Notes: generated by a model from the sequence alone, not told the origin. Numbered from the stretch's first letter, positions 9,996-21,720 are shown. The stretch: DNA of 64,000 nt from an uncultured delta proteobacterium (GCA_963745035.1 CAVUVW010000027.1:160001-224000); one strand, 5' to 3'. A program made the numbers and translations.

Positions 9996-10985
9996 ATGGT
10001 GCGACGATTTTTGGTATTCAATTTGTTGGCGCTGGCTTTGTCCGCGGCGAGCGCGATGGCCGCGGCGCCGGCGAACAAGGTCGTGATTGCCTATTCGGTG
10101 CTGAACGAGCGCGGCACGGGAGCGCTGCTCGTGGCGCGCGATCAAGGATTTTTTCGCAAGTACGATCTCGATGTCAATTTGATTCTCATGCGCAGCGGCG
10201 CGGTAGCGCTTTCGGCGTTGTCTTCCGGAGAAGCGCATTTTTATTCCGGCTCGGCCAACGGCTCGTCGCTCGGTGCCATGGCCGGCGGGCTCGACTTGGT
10301 TTTCGTCGCCGGCTTGGCCAATCAACTGAACGGCACGATGGTCGCCGCGCCGTCGATCCGCGCGCCCGCCGATCTCAAGCGTAAAAACATCGGCATCCAG
10401 AGTATCGGCGGCGGTATCTGGATGATCACCCAATTGGTCCTCGAGCACTGGGGCCTCGATCCCAAGCGCGACGGCATCAATCTGCGCATCGTCGGCGATG
10501 AATCGGTCATGGTCCAGGCGTTGGTCTCGGGCAACATCGATGCGACCTACGCCGGGTATTCCTATGCCACCATGCTCAAGAAGCAGGGGTTCAACATCCT
10601 CGCCGATCTGACCAAGCTCGGCGTGCCGTTCCAGAGCACGGCGATCCTCGCGCGCCGGAGCTATCTGAAAACCTCGCCCGCGACCGCGGAGAAGGTGGTG
10701 CGCGCGCTGGTGGACGCGATCACGTTCATTCAGCGGCCGGCCAACAAGCCCTCGGTGGTGGCGACGTTGACGAAGAATCTGCAGATCGTGCGGCCCGAGG
10801 ATGCCGAAGAGGGCTACGAAGTGATGAAAAACGTCTACGACCGCCGCGTGTTTCCCAACATCGAAGGCATCAACAACGCGATCCGCCTGCTCGGCCTCAG
10901 CAACGAAAAAATCCGCCAGCTCAAAGGCGCGGACCTGGTCGATGACGGCATCGTCAGGAAATTGGAGAAAGAAGGAATCTTTTAG
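9996..10985 (+). CDS. ABC transporter substrate-binding protein (SsuA/TauA/NMT1 type)
   Basis: Signal peptide, QGFFRKYDLDV, DLKRKNIGI, GLDPKRD, GNIDA and C-terminal VDDGIVRKLEKEG. Confidence 0.88.
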   Translation: MVRRFLVFNLLALALSAASAMAAAPANKVVIAYSVLNERGTGALLVARDQGFFRKYDLDVNLILMRSGAVALSALSSGEAHFYSGSANGSSLGAMAGGLDLVFVAGLANQLNGTMVAAPSIRAPADLKRKNIGIQSIGGGIWMITQLVLEHWGLDPKRDGINLRIVGDESVMVQALVSGNIDATYAGYSYATMLKKQGFNILADLTKLGVPFQSTAILARRSYLKTSPATAEKVVRALVDAITFIQRPANKPSVVATLTKNLQIVRPEDAEEGYEVMKNVYDRRVFPNIEGINNAIRLLGLSNEKIRQLKGADLVDDGIVRKLEKEGIF

Positions 10986-10995
10986 TTTAACAACG

Positions 10996-11052
10996 CGTTC
11001 AACTTACGAAGGCGTTCAAACCGTTCAAAACGTTCAAGTAGTTCAAATCGTT
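10996..11052. repeat. Degenerate CGTTCAA tandem repeat (about 9-bp period)
   Basis: cgttcaa at 10996, 11013, 11022 and 11031; gttcaa at 11041. Confidence 0.65.
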
Positions 11053-11107
11053 TTCGGACTCGGTTGTCGAGGCGGCCTGGAACTTCCGCGAAATTAACTC
11101 ACTATTC

Positions 11108-12415
11108 ATGCGACTCGAGATGGCAGAATTTCCGGTGCGCCGAATTCGACTCGGCGGCGCGTACCGTTATCAAGACGGCATTCTGGAAATTGACGGCGAC
11201 GATCTTGTCCGGCGGGTATTGGAAGATCCGCGTATCCGGATGGCCAAATTCGACGTCGTGACGCCGGGCGAGTCCGTGCGCGTTACCGGGATTCGCGATG
11301 TGGTCGAGCCGCGGGTCAAGCTCGGCGGAGCGGCGCAGGTGTTTCCCGGTGTGCTCGGTCCGGTGGCGGCGGTCGGCGGCGGGTTGACCCATCGTCTCTC
11401 CGGCATGGCGGTGCTCGCGACGGCTTCGTACGAGGGAACGGTGCGCGCCGGCACGGGCGTGCAGCGCAGTGCAATTCTCGACATGTGGGGGCGCGGCGCA
11501 GAAGCGTCGCGCTTCAGCTCGCTCATTCACCTTGTGCTGATTCTTGAGATAAACGAAGGTCTCGGTGAGCTCGAAGCGCACAGCGCGATTCAAACCGCCG
11601 AGTTCGAGGTCGCGCGAAAGCTCGCTGAAACGACGGCGGGCCTTGAACCGGCGCGAACGGTCCTCTACGACCTGAGCGACGGCGCCGAGCGGCGTCCCCG
11701 CGTGGTGCTGATTCAAGGCTGTATCACCCAGGCGCAGCAGCCCCATTCCGGCATCGGTTACTATGGCATGCCCATCCGCGAGTCGCTGCCGACGGCGATC
11801 CATCCCAACGAGTTGCTCGACGGTGCAGTCACGCCGAACACCACCCGAGGCATCGGCTATTATCCGACCAGTTGGGACTGGCAGAATCATCCGCTGGCGC
11901 TGGGGCTCTACCGCGAGCACGCCGCCGGCCGGCTGAGCTTCGGCGGCGTGATTCTGGAGCGCATCTCCTACGAAACCCATCAGGCCAAGGAAGTGGTGGC
12001 GCACAACGCGGCGCAGTTGGCGCGCAGCCTCGCCGCCGACGCGGCGCTGATCACCTGGACCGGCTCCGGCAATGCGTTCGTCGAGGTGATGCTGACGATT
12101 CGCGCCTGCGAGCGGTTGGGCATCAAAACCGTACTCGTCACCTACGAGTACGGCGGCAAGGACGGCGTCGATTCGCCGCTGCTCTTCTATGCCGAAGAAG
12201 CGAGCGCGGTGGTCAGCACCGGCAGCCGCGACCGCTGGATCGATCTCGCCGCGCCAGAAAAAGTCGTCGGGCCGTACGACGCCATCCGCGTCCTCAGCTA
12301 TCCGGGCGCGCCGTCCGCTCCGGCGCTCTCCGCTCTCACGCTTGACGCGCGCGATATGATCATCGGCGGCGTGGACAACTGGGGTGGCGGCGCCTGGACT
12401 TGCCGGGCTTTCTAA
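11108..12415 (+). CDS. Reductase component B proprotein (GrdE/PrdA-like), copy 2
   Basis: Colinear paralog of 8596..9900 with shared blocks (TGIRDVVEPRVK, YEGTVRAG, WDWQNHP, TYEYGGKDGVDSPLLFY). Confidence 0.88.
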   Translation: MRLEMAEFPVRRIRLGGAYRYQDGILEIDGDDLVRRVLEDPRIRMAKFDVVTPGESVRVTGIRDVVEPRVKLGGAAQVFPGVLGPVAAVGGGLTHRLSGMAVLATASYEGTVRAGTGVQRSAILDMWGRGAEASRFSSLIHLVLILEINEGLGELEAHSAIQTAEFEVARKLAETTAGLEPARTVLYDLSDGAERRPRVVLIQGCITQAQQPHSGIGYYGMPIRESLPTAIHPNELLDGAVTPNTTRGIGYYPTSWDWQNHPLALGLYREHAAGRLSFGGVILERISYETHQAKEVVAHNAAQLARSLAADAALITWTGSGNAFVEVMLTIRACERLGIKTVLVTYEYGGKDGVDSPLLFYAEEASAVVSTGSRDRWIDLAAPEKVVGPYDAIRVLSYPGAPSAPALSALTLDARDMIIGGVDNWGGGAWTCRAF

Positions 12416-12621
12416 GTTTCTCGACCCTTCCCGTCCGTGTGAAATCTTCGTGATCACCGCGCAGGCGGGCGATCCGAGCGGGATTTTTGTACCCGATTGT
12501 CTGCCTATGGCCTATAATAGCCGCGGCTCCGTAAGGTCGGCCAACTCTCTAAATTGTCATTTTCAACGACACCATCGGAGGATCGTTATCGATCCGCCGG
12601 GAGGCAACCGAGGAACTGATC

Positions 12622-15600
12622 ATGGCAAACAACATTCCGCTCAAGCTTCAAGGCACTCCGATTGCCGATCCCGGGTTGCCGGCCGCGCTGCGCGCGGCGA
12701 CGCGCGGCGCCGCCAAGGCGAGCGAATTCCTGCCGCCGGGCTATCTGAAGGTCGATGCGGCTTTCGATCTTAGCGCGCGCGCTCGGTCCACTCCCGGCGG
12801 CGCCGTGGAGAAAACGATCCAGGCTGGAGACAACCAGGTCGTCGTCCTTGAGATGGCCGACGGCGTCACCGTCATCACCAGCGCAAAAAAATTACAAGAG
12901 TCGCTGCGGCGCATCGATCCCGCCGCCATCGAAGCCGACGGCACGGCAAGATTAGCCGCCCTGCGCGAGCGCGGCGAGGCCAGCCGCGGCATCATCAGCG
13001 ACACCGTCGGCGATCTGGTATCGCGGGTATTCACGGTGACCGTCGGCGATAGCGCCGATCCGATTATCGATGCGGCGAAACGCAAGGCCGCCGAATGGCT
13101 GGGCGAGAAGGCCGAGGAGAAGATCCAGGCCTATTCCGAGCTCGGTGTCACCTGGCTCGGCACCAAGGCGCTCATGTGGGCGATCGAGAGCCGGCTGGAC
13201 CGCAAGCCCGGACTGTATCGCTGGCCGCGCGGCATGGGCGAGGCGGTAGACCTGTTGAACGTCGACGCCGACGCGCTGGCGGCGGACGCCAGGGAAGGGC
13301 CGCTGCTGATTTTTATTCACGGCACCGCATCGTCGAGTACGGGCAGCTTCGGCGATTTGCAGAAAGTCGGCCACGAAGACTGGCAGGCGCTCGAACGGAA
13401 GTTCGGCGACCGCATCTACGCCTTCGAGCATCTTACGTTCTCGCAAAGCCCGATCGAGAACGCCATCGAGCTCGCGGCCGCGCTGCCCGCGGGCGCGCAG
13501 GTGAACCTGGTGACCCACTCGCGCGGCGGCTTGATCGGCGATCTGCTCTGCCTGCGCAGCCCGGCCGATGAGCTGATCGAAAACTTCCGGTCCGATTTAC
13601 CGGAGCCGGGCGAGGTCTTGGAAGAGGAGCGCGAGCGCATCAAGAAAGAAACCGAGAACGCCCACGCCGAACAGCAAGGACAGCTCCGCGAGCTGCGCGC
13701 GCTGCTGCAACGAAAGCAGCTCGCCGTCCAACGCTACGTCCGCGTTGCCTGCCCGGCGCGCGGCACGCTCCTGGCTTCGGGCAATTTCGATATTTTTCTT
13801 TCCGCGCTGCTGACCGTGATCGGCCGGGTGCCTTACCTTTACGGCAATCCGATTTACTACGCGGTCAAGCGCATCGTGCTCGAGATCGTCAAAAACCGCA
13901 CCAATGCCAAGCTCGTGCCCGGCATCGAAGCGATGCTGCCCGAGTCTCCGATGGCGCGTTTTCTCGCCGAGGCTGCGCCGCAGGAATCAACCCGGATCGC
14001 GGTCATCGCCGGCGATATCGAAGGCGGCGGCCTGCTCAAGCGCTTGGGCGTGCTCTTCACCGACTACGCCTTTTTCAACGGCGTCGACAATGACCTGGTC
14101 GTCGATACCGACGCCATGTACGCCGGGATCGCACGGAAGGCCGGCGGGCGCGCGCTTTTCGACCAGGGCCCGACCACGTCGCACTTCAGTTATTTTCAAA
14201 ACGACGACACGCGCGCGGCGCTGCGCGATTGGCTGATCGCCGACGGCGTCGAGCAGTTGGCCACGTTCAAAGTTCTTCCTGGTGCGCGTCCCGAGCGCAG
14301 CTTAGCGGAAGAAAAGGCCCATGCGGCCGAGTTGCGGCGCAGCCGCGGCGGCGAAGCAGCCGAGGCGATCTTGCCCGTGGCGGTCGTCCTCCCGGGCATC
14401 ATGGGCTCCCATCTCTGGCGCAACGAAAGCGAGCGGGTGTGGTACCGCGTTGCCGGCTTGGTGGTCGGCGGCCTCAGAAATCTCGCATGGGGCGAGCGCA
14501 CGGGCAGCGAGAGCGGCGACGGGATCACGGCGGAAAAGCTTTTCGACGATTCCTACGGCGACCTGTGCGATCATCTCATGGAAACCCACCGTGTCGAACG
14601 CTTTCCTTACGATTGGCGCTTGCCGCTCGACATCCTCGCCGATCGCCTGGAGAGATTTTTGCGGCGGCTCTTCGAGGAAACCAAAAATCCGCAGCGGCCC
14701 ATTCGCATCCTCGCTCACAGCATGGGCGGCCTGGTGGCGCGCGCGCTGATTCACAAGCTCGCCCAGCGCCAAGACAATCTGTGGGACGATCTCATGGGCC
14801 GCGACGGCGCGCGCTTTATCATGCTCGGCACGCCCAACCAGGGTGCGCACTCGATGGTCGAGGCGCTGATCGGCAAGTCGGATACGCTGCGCAGTCTCGC
14901 CCGCATCGACGTGAGAAACGACCTGCAGAGCATTCTCGACATCATCGGTGAATTCCGCGGCGCGCTGCAGCTCCTGCCGAAGCCCGGATTTGCCGACGTC
15001 GGCGACGCCCAGTTCGACGATTATTTCACCGCTGGCGCGCTGGAGCGCGTTCAAAGAAGAGATGAAGGATTTCTGGTTCGGCGACAAGGTCGCGGCGGTG
15101 CCGACCGCCGCCGCGCTCAGCCAAGCCAAATGGCTGTGGGAGCGCGACGGCGTGCTGCCGCCGGCGCTGCCGGAGCGCCATAAAGACAAGACCATCTACG
15201 TCCACGGCTGCGCGCCGACGACCGCCTGCGGCATCAAGAAAATCGACGGCCGCTGGAAAATGGTCGGCACCGTTCGAAGGCGACGGCACGGTCACCTGGA
15301 AGTCGGGCGCGATAGACGGCATCGGCCGGCGCTATTACATGCCCGCGGTGCACGGCGATCTCGCCGCCGCCGAGGAGTATTTCACCGCCTTGGACGAACT
15401 GCTGCGCACCGGCGCCACCGGCGCGTTGATGGATCGACCGCCGGAAACGCGCGACGCCGAGGCGGCAGAACCGCGAGCGTATGAAGCAGGACCGCCGCGC
15501 TACCCCATGCCCGAAGAAGCGGCACACGCGCTGACCGGCGTGCCCAAGCGCAAGCGTCTCGCCGAGCGCGCGGTGCCGACCTTGAAGGTCGCGGTGAAGG

Positions 15601-18600
15601 CGATGGATCTGCGCTTCGTCAACCAGCCGATCATGGTCGGCCACTACGAACAGGACGCAATCTCGGGCGCCGAGTCGATCATCGACCGCGAGCTGGTCGA
15701 TAACGCGCTGAGCGAGCGCTACAACCTGGGACTTTACGCCGGTCCGGTCGGCACCGCGGTGGTCGTGCTGCGTCTGCCCAACGAAGCGGAGCGACTGCGC
15801 GGCAGCTCCTACGGCGCGGTGGTGACCGGCCTGGGCACCTACGACGGCACACTGGCGGCCAACCGGCTCACCGAGGCGGTGCGCACCGGCGCGCTGCGCT
15901 ACCTGCTCCAGTATTTCGATTGCAGCGGCGTGGGCTCTGGAGAGATCGGCCTCAGCACCCTGCTGCTGGGCTACAATTCCAGCGCCAATCTGACCATTCA
16001 AGCTTCCGTCGAGGCGCTGGTGCGCGGCGTGGTGGAGGCCAATCGCAAGTTTGCCGACGCCACCCGGCAGACTCTGCACATCGGCTCGCTGGAGATCATC
16101 GAGCTTTATCTCGATACCGCGATCTCGGCGATGCGCTACTTGCGCGCTTTCGCCGAGAAGTCCAACGGCGAGGCGCGCGGCCTGGGCGTTCGCTTGGAGA
16201 TTCCCGAGGAACTGGAACAAGACCGGAGCGTGCGGCCGAGATTGGACGATAGCCGCGCGGTCGGCCATTGGCCGCGCATGATCATCACCGACGCGGACCG
16301 TAATGAAGAAGAATGCCCGCCGGAGTGCTATGAGCGCCTTTTCCCGCCTGAGAGCTACGACGAGGGTGAGCGCGAGGATGAAAACGCGGGCGGCGAAACC
16401 AAAACGCCGGCGCGGCTGCGGCGGCGAACCGCGCTCGCCGAGCGCTTGAAATTCGTCCACGTCGGCCAGCGCGCGCGCGCCGAGACCATCGTGCAGCAGC
16501 GCCAACCCGGATTGGTGGAAAAGCTCATTGCCCAACAGATTCTGGAAAAAAACTATCGCCCGGATTTCAGCCGGACGTTGTTTCAATTGATGGTGCCCCA
16601 TGAATTCAAAGACGCCTCGCGCCAGCTCGATCGCATCGTGCTGGTGGTGGACGGATACACTGCGAATTTGCCTTGGGAGCTGATGCTGGCCGAGGACGAA
16701 CCGCTCGCGGTGCGCTCGCCGATGATCCGCCAGCTGGTGTCGAGCAAGTTTCGCCGGCAGGTGCGCCAATCGCTGCAGCCGCTCGCCTACGTGATCGGCA
16801 ATCCCTCGACCGCGAACTTTTATCGAAGCTTTCCTTCGCCGGACCGCAGGCCGTCCGAAGGATTGGTTTCGCTCGCCGGCGCCCAGGAGGAGGCCGAAGT
16901 GGTGGTCGAATCCTTGCGCCGCTACGGCTACGAGGTGGAGCAGTCGATCGGCGCGGAATATGATGCGCTCAAAGTCATCAACCCGCTGTATCAAAAACCT
17001 TATCGCATCGTGCACATCGCCGCGCACGGCGTCTTCGACGAGCGCGCGGCGGACGGCAAGAGCCGCAGCGGCGTGGTGCTCGCCGACGGGCTGCTGCTGA
17101 CCGCCGCGGAGATCGGCCAGATGGAGATCGTGCCCGATCTGGTGTTTCTCAACTGCTGCCACCTCGCCAAGGTGGACGCCCAGCCGGTCGCCTACAACCG
17201 CCTGGCCTACAGCATCTCGCGGGAACTGATCGAGATCGGCGTGCGCTGCGTGGTCGCTGCCGGGTGGGCGGTGGACGACGATGCCGCCTACACGTTCGCC
17301 GACGTGTTCTACCAAGGAATTCTCCACGAAAAACTCCAGTTCGGCGACGCCGTGTTCGCCGCGCGCAGGGAAACCTATCGCAAGCACGGCGGCAGCGTCA
17401 CCTGGGGAGCCTATCAAGCCTACGGCGACGCCGGTTGGCGCATCGACCCGCGCGAAGGCTCGGGGCGCCGGGGGCGCGGCAGCGCCGACTTTGTTTCGCC
17501 GGAGGAATTGATCGACGGCATGAGGGGAATTCGCACCGGCATCTTCCAACGGCGCGAGGCCCTGACCAAGCCGGCGGCGCGCAGCACCGCAGCGCAGCTC
17601 CAAGTGCTATTGCGCCGCGGTCCAAAGAACTGGCTCGACGATCCGGCGGTCAGCTTCGAACTGGCGGAAACCTACGCGTCGCTCGGCGCGGAATTTTTCG
17701 AGGAGGCCTGCAAACTGTACAACGTCGCGATCGCCGCCGAGGACAGGGCGCACCGCGTGCCCATCACCGCCATCGAGCAGCTCGCCAATATTGAATCAAA
17801 GCTCGGCGAAGAGATGGGCGCGCCGGATTTGATCGACCGTGCCATCGAGCGGCTTTATGATCTGGACAAAGTCGTCGCCGGGACCGTCGATTACGGCTCC
17901 GGCCGGCGCATCGAAGCAGCCGCATCGAAGGCCAACATCGAGCGCCAGTCGCTCGCTGGCAGCGCTTACAAGAGAAAAGCCGCCATCTTCGCGCGCCAGA
18001 TTCTCGATCCGCGTACGCCGGATCGGCAGGAGTCGATCAAAAAGTTCGAAGAGGCGATCGGACAGAGCATCGAGGCCTACAGAAATGCCTCGGGAGCCGA
18101 GAACGAGGCGCGTTTCGATCCGTATCCGGCGCTCAACTGGCTCGCGCTCCGGGCGCTCGACGGCGCCTACGACCAAGGTGTCGCCGTTTGCGTGCTGTGC
18201 GGCAAGAAGGCCACCGAAAAGTTCATGCGCGCCGCCAATGTTTGGAATGCCGTGATGGCCGCCGAAGCCTATCTGGTCCAAACGCTATGCGACGGCAGCC
18301 TGGGCCGACCGCGCGACGCGGGCGATCAAGCTCTCGAGGAAGTTTGGCGGCGCTACCGCGATGCCTTTGCCAACGTCCGCTTTGCGCCGAAGGACCTCGA
18401 CGCGGTGACTTTACAGCTCTGTCTGCTGGCGCTGTTTTTCGAAGCGAAAAGCGCGACCGGCACACAGGCCGCGCGCAGCAGAGCCCACGGCGCGGCGGCG
18501 CATCGCCTGCGCCGGCTCGCCGAACGAATCCAGCCGGGAAGCTGCGAGGATCCGACGCCGCCGGCGCGAGTGGAAACGGCGCGGGAGACCCTGCCCGAGC

Positions 18601-18641
18601 CGGCGGCTCCCCGGCGGCGGGCAAGGCGACGGCGACGGTAG
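12622..18641 (+). CDS. Giant (~2000 aa) protein with two alpha/beta-hydrolase domains, a CHAT caspase-like protease and a C-terminal TPR-like region; frameshifts near 15030 and 15272
   Basis: HGT...THSRGG and PGIMGS...AHSMGG...LGTP lipase motifs; CHAT dyad HIAAHG / FLNCCH, GWAVDD, WGAYQAYG; the bridging frame reads WSAFKEEM...GTV then EGDGTVTW...MPAVHGDL. Confidence 0.85.
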
Positions 18642-18704
18642 CCGCGACAGCGCCGCACGGTTGCGTCGGCAGCGACGCTCCTTTATGGTCGCGGATCATA
18701 GAAC

Positions 18705-19442
18705 GTGGCGATGTCAGAAAAAGCGAAACAGATCATTCCCATCGGCGGCGGCGGGTTTTATCGCGACCCGGAGAACCTCGCGCTGGAAAAATATGTGATT
18801 GCCCAGACCGGCGCGCAAAATGCGCGCGTCGCCTTCGTGCCGACGGCGAGCGGCGAGCCGGACCATTACGTCGCGAGCTTCTACGCGGCGTTTCTGAAGC
18901 TCGGCTGCCGGCCGTCGGTGCTGACGTTTTTCAAGCGTACCCCCGATCTGCGCTCATTTTTGCTGAACCAGGATGTGATCTACGTCGGCGGCGGCAACAC
19001 CAAGAGTCTTCTCGCCGTGTGGCGCGATTGGGGCGTGGATAAGATTCTGCGCGAGGCGTGGGAGTCCGGCATCGTGCTCACCGGCGTGAGCGCGGGGGCG
19101 ATCTGCTGGTTTGCGCAGGGGGTGACGGATTCGTTTGCCGACGGCCTTTGCCCGCTCGACTGCCTGGGCTTTTTACCGGGGAGCTGCTGCCCGCACTACG
19201 ACGGCGAGCCGCAGCGTCGGCCGTCCTATCACGGACTGCTCGGCTCCGGCGCAATCGCCGCGGGCGTCGCCATCGAAGACTGGACCGGCGTTCACTTCAA
19301 GGGCGCGGAAATCCATAAGGTCGTGAGCTCCAAGCGCGGCGCTCGGGCCTACAGCATGCGCGCCGCGCACGGCTCGGTGCAGGAAGTCGCGCTGCCGAGC
19401 GAGTTTCTCGATGCCGCCGCGGCGGAGAATCGAGCCGACTAA
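18705..19442 (+). CDS. Peptidase E / S51 family
   Basis: FVPTASG, DVIYVGGGNT, GVSAGA nucleophile and CPHYD. Confidence 0.9.
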   Translation: MAMSEKAKQIIPIGGGGFYRDPENLALEKYVIAQTGAQNARVAFVPTASGEPDHYVASFYAAFLKLGCRPSVLTFFKRTPDLRSFLLNQDVIYVGGGNTKSLLAVWRDWGVDKILREAWESGIVLTGVSAGAICWFAQGVTDSFADGLCPLDCLGFLPGSCCPHYDGEPQRRPSYHGLLGSGAIAAGVAIEDWTGVHFKGAEIHKVVSSKRGARAYSMRAAHGSVQEVALPSEFLDAAAAENRAD

Positions 19443-19463
19443 CGGGATCGAGGCGGGCGTGCA

Positions 19464-19922
19464 ATGGCGACGCTAAAAAAGCGCAAGAGAATGCCGATCG
19501 TCGGCGCGGTGATGACTTCTTTTCCCTATTTTGTCGACGTCGAGGAAACCGCGACGAATATGGAGCGCATGATGGATGAGCACGCCATTCGTCATCTGCC
19601 GGTGCAGGACAAGGGCGCGGTCGTGGGTATCGTCTCGGAGCGCGATCTGCACCACCATGTCAAGCGCGAAGCGCCCAAAACGGAAAAGGATAAAATTCTC
19701 GCCCGGCAGATCATGATTCCCGATCCTTACATCGTGCCATTTCGCGCGCCGCTCAACGAAGTGGTTTTCGAAATGTCGCGGCGGCGCATCGGCTCTGTGC
19801 TCGTGCAGCGCGAGGGCAAGCTGGCGGGAATTCTCTCCGCCATGGACGTCTGCCGCGTGTTCGGCGAATACCTGGAATCGATGTTTCCGGGCGGCAAGCG
19901 CGGCGGCGATTCCGCGGCATAG
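19464..19922 (+). CDS. CBS-pair domain protein
   Basis: IRHLPV, VGIVSERDL, IGSVLV and LAGILS. Confidence 0.88.
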   Translation: MATLKKRKRMPIVGAVMTSFPYFVDVEETATNMERMMDEHAIRHLPVQDKGAVVGIVSERDLHHHVKREAPKTEKDKILARQIMIPDPYIVPFRAPLNEVVFEMSRRRIGSVLVQREGKLAGILSAMDVCRVFGEYLESMFPGGKRGGDSAA

Positions 19923-20103
19923 CGCCACGGAAACTCTCGGCACGCCCCTAGACGTTCGGGATCAGTTCAGCGACGAAACGGGTTTATCGAATGGAGACTT
20001 GTGGGTTGAGTTGAACGCCGGATCTTCATGCGCGCTCACGACCACGGCAACGGAGAAACCATCGGCGTTCAACTTACTTCGTCCTGCGAAATTTGGCAGA
20101 GGG

Positions 20104-20493
20104 CTAGAGATCGTAGACCGGCGTGTGGATGGCAACGTGCTCGCCGCGGGCGATGGCGCTGACGATATCGGCGCGGCTGACGATGCCGACGACGCGCTCG
20201 CCGCGCATCACCGGAACGCGCTTGATCTTCTGCATGGTCATCAGGCGAGCGATTTCCTCGACCGCGGTGTCTTCGCCGACGCTGATGATTTTCTTGCTCA
20301 TGATCGCTTTTACGTCTTTGCCTTTCTTCGCGACGATATCGGCTTCGGAGACTACGCCTAGAATCTTGCCGTTTTTTCCCGCGACCGGCGCGCCGCTGAT
20401 CTGATTCTTGATCAGCGTGGTCGCTAAATTTCGGATGGTCATGGTGGGAGGAACGGTAATGATGTCACGGGTCATGATGTCTTTCGCCTGCAT
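20104..20493 (-). CDS. CBS-pair domain protein
   Basis: AKDIMT, ISGAPV, GVVSEADI, IKRVPV and VGIVSRADI. Confidence 0.9.
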   Translation of the reverse strand: MQAKDIMTRDIITVPPTMTIRNLATTLIKNQISGAPVAGKNGKILGVVSEADIVAKKGKDVKAIMSKKIISVGEDTAVEEIARLMTMQKIKRVPVMRGERVVGIVSRADIVSAIARGEHVAIHTPVYDL

Positions 20494-20515
20494 GGTCTCT
20501 ACCTCCGCATGTGTT

Positions 20516-21529
20516 CTAAAGTCCCTTGTCGGCCATCAATTTCGCCAGGTCGCCGACGCGACAGCTATAACCCCATTCGTTGTCGTACCAGGAAAGAACT
20601 TTGGCCATCTTGCCTTCGAGCACGACGGTCGACAAGCCGTCGACGATCGAGGACGCTGAATTACCACGAAAATCGGTGGAAACCAAGGGTTCGTCGGAGT
20701 AGCCGAGCACGCCGCGCATCTTGCCCTCGGCGCTTTCCTTGAGCGCGGCGTTGATCTCTTCGGCACTGGCGGATTGTTTGAGATCGGCCACCAGATCGAC
20801 GACCGAAACCGTCGACGTCGGCACGCGCAGGGAAATGCCGTGGAGCCTGCCTTTAAGCTCGGGCATCACCAGCCCGATGGCTTTGGCGGCGCCGGTGCTC
20901 GTCGGCACGATATTCATCGCCGCGGCGCGCGCGCGGCGCAGATCTTTGTGCATCAGGTCGAGGATTCTTTGATCGTTGGTGTAGGCGTGGGTGGTGGTCA
21001 TCAGGCCGCGCTCGATGCCGAAATGATCTTGCAGAACCTTTGCGACGGGCGCCAGGCAGTTGGTGGTGCAAGAAGCGTTGGAAACGATGTGGTGCTTGCG
21101 CGGATGGTAGTCGGCGTCATTGACGCCGAGCACCACCGTGATGTCTTCGTTGGTGGCCGGCGCGGTAATGATCGCCTTTTTGGCGCCGGCTTCGAGGTGC
21201 GCCCGTACCTGTGCGCCGTCGGTGAACACGCCGGTCGACTCGATGACGATATCGACGCCCAGATCTTTCCATGGCAAGCGGGTCGGATCTTTTTGGTTGA
21301 GAACGGCGACGTTGTTGCCGTCGATTTGCAGCACGCCTTCGCCGACGGCGACCTTGCCCGGAAAAACTCCGTAGTTCGTGTCGTAGCGAAACAGATGCGC
21401 GTTGGTGTGCAGGTCGGCCATGTCATTGACGGCGACCACCGTCAAATCGTCGCGGTGGCGCTCGTGCATGGTTCTCAAGGTCAAGCGGCCGATGCGCCCA
21501 AACCCGTTGATTGCAATTCTCGTTGCCAT
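20516..21529 (-). CDS. gap: Type I glyceraldehyde-3-phosphate dehydrogenase
   Basis: [21 protein letters not shown] active site, STGAAKA and WYDNEWGYS. Confidence 0.97.
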   Translation of the reverse strand: MATRIAINGFGRIGRLTLRTMHERHRDDLTVVAVNDMADLHTNAHLFRYDTNYGVFPGKVAVGEGVLQIDGNNVAVLNQKDPTRLPWKDLGVDIVIESTGVFTDGAQVRAHLEAGAKKAIITAPATNEDITVVLGVNDADYHPRKHHIVSNASCTTNCLAPVAKVLQDHFGIERGLMTTTHAYTNDQRILDLMHKDLRRARAAAMNIVPTSTGAAKAIGLVMPELKGRLHGISLRVPTSTVSVVDLVADLKQSASAEEINAALKESAEGKMRGVLGYSDEPLVSTDFRGNSASSIVDGLSTVVLEGKMAKVLSWYDNEWGYSCRVGDLAKLMADKGL

Positions 21530-21580
21530 GGAAGTTCCTTTGAAGTTGGATCTGAACGTAATGAGACGACTTTATCTGAC

Positions 21581-21595
21581 GCCATATTCATGCCG
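21581..21595 (-). promoter_or_regulatory. Putative sigma-54 (-24/-12) promoter for gap-CBS
   Basis: CGGCAT-GAATA-TGGC on the minus strand; GG/GC spacing conserved. Confidence 0.45.
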
Positions 21596-21636
21596 GACAG
21601 AAGATCATTTGAAAACTCTAGCTCTCGCGCCGCGCC

Positions 21637-21652
21637 TTCTCAACCTTGAGAA
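21637..21652. promoter_or_regulatory. Perfect palindrome TTCTCA-N4-TGAGAA, candidate enhancer (UAS)
   Basis: ttctca acct tgagaa between two divergent sigma-54 promoters; variants recur in the island. Confidence 0.55.
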
Positions 21653-21720
21653 AACTTTCCAGCGCCTTCTTAGATTTAAGAAGAATGGCTGGTTTCAGTT
21701 CTGGTTTCAATGCATTTTGC

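Noticed and set aside
10996-11052. CRISPR array
   Set aside because: Units are 7-9 bp with no 25-40 bp repeats, no unique spacers and no cas genes.
15234-17603. 789-aa antisense ORF, and similar long shadows such as 11102..12457 and 1200..2375
   Set aside because: They mirror well-supported genes in GC-rich DNA and contain no recognisable motifs.
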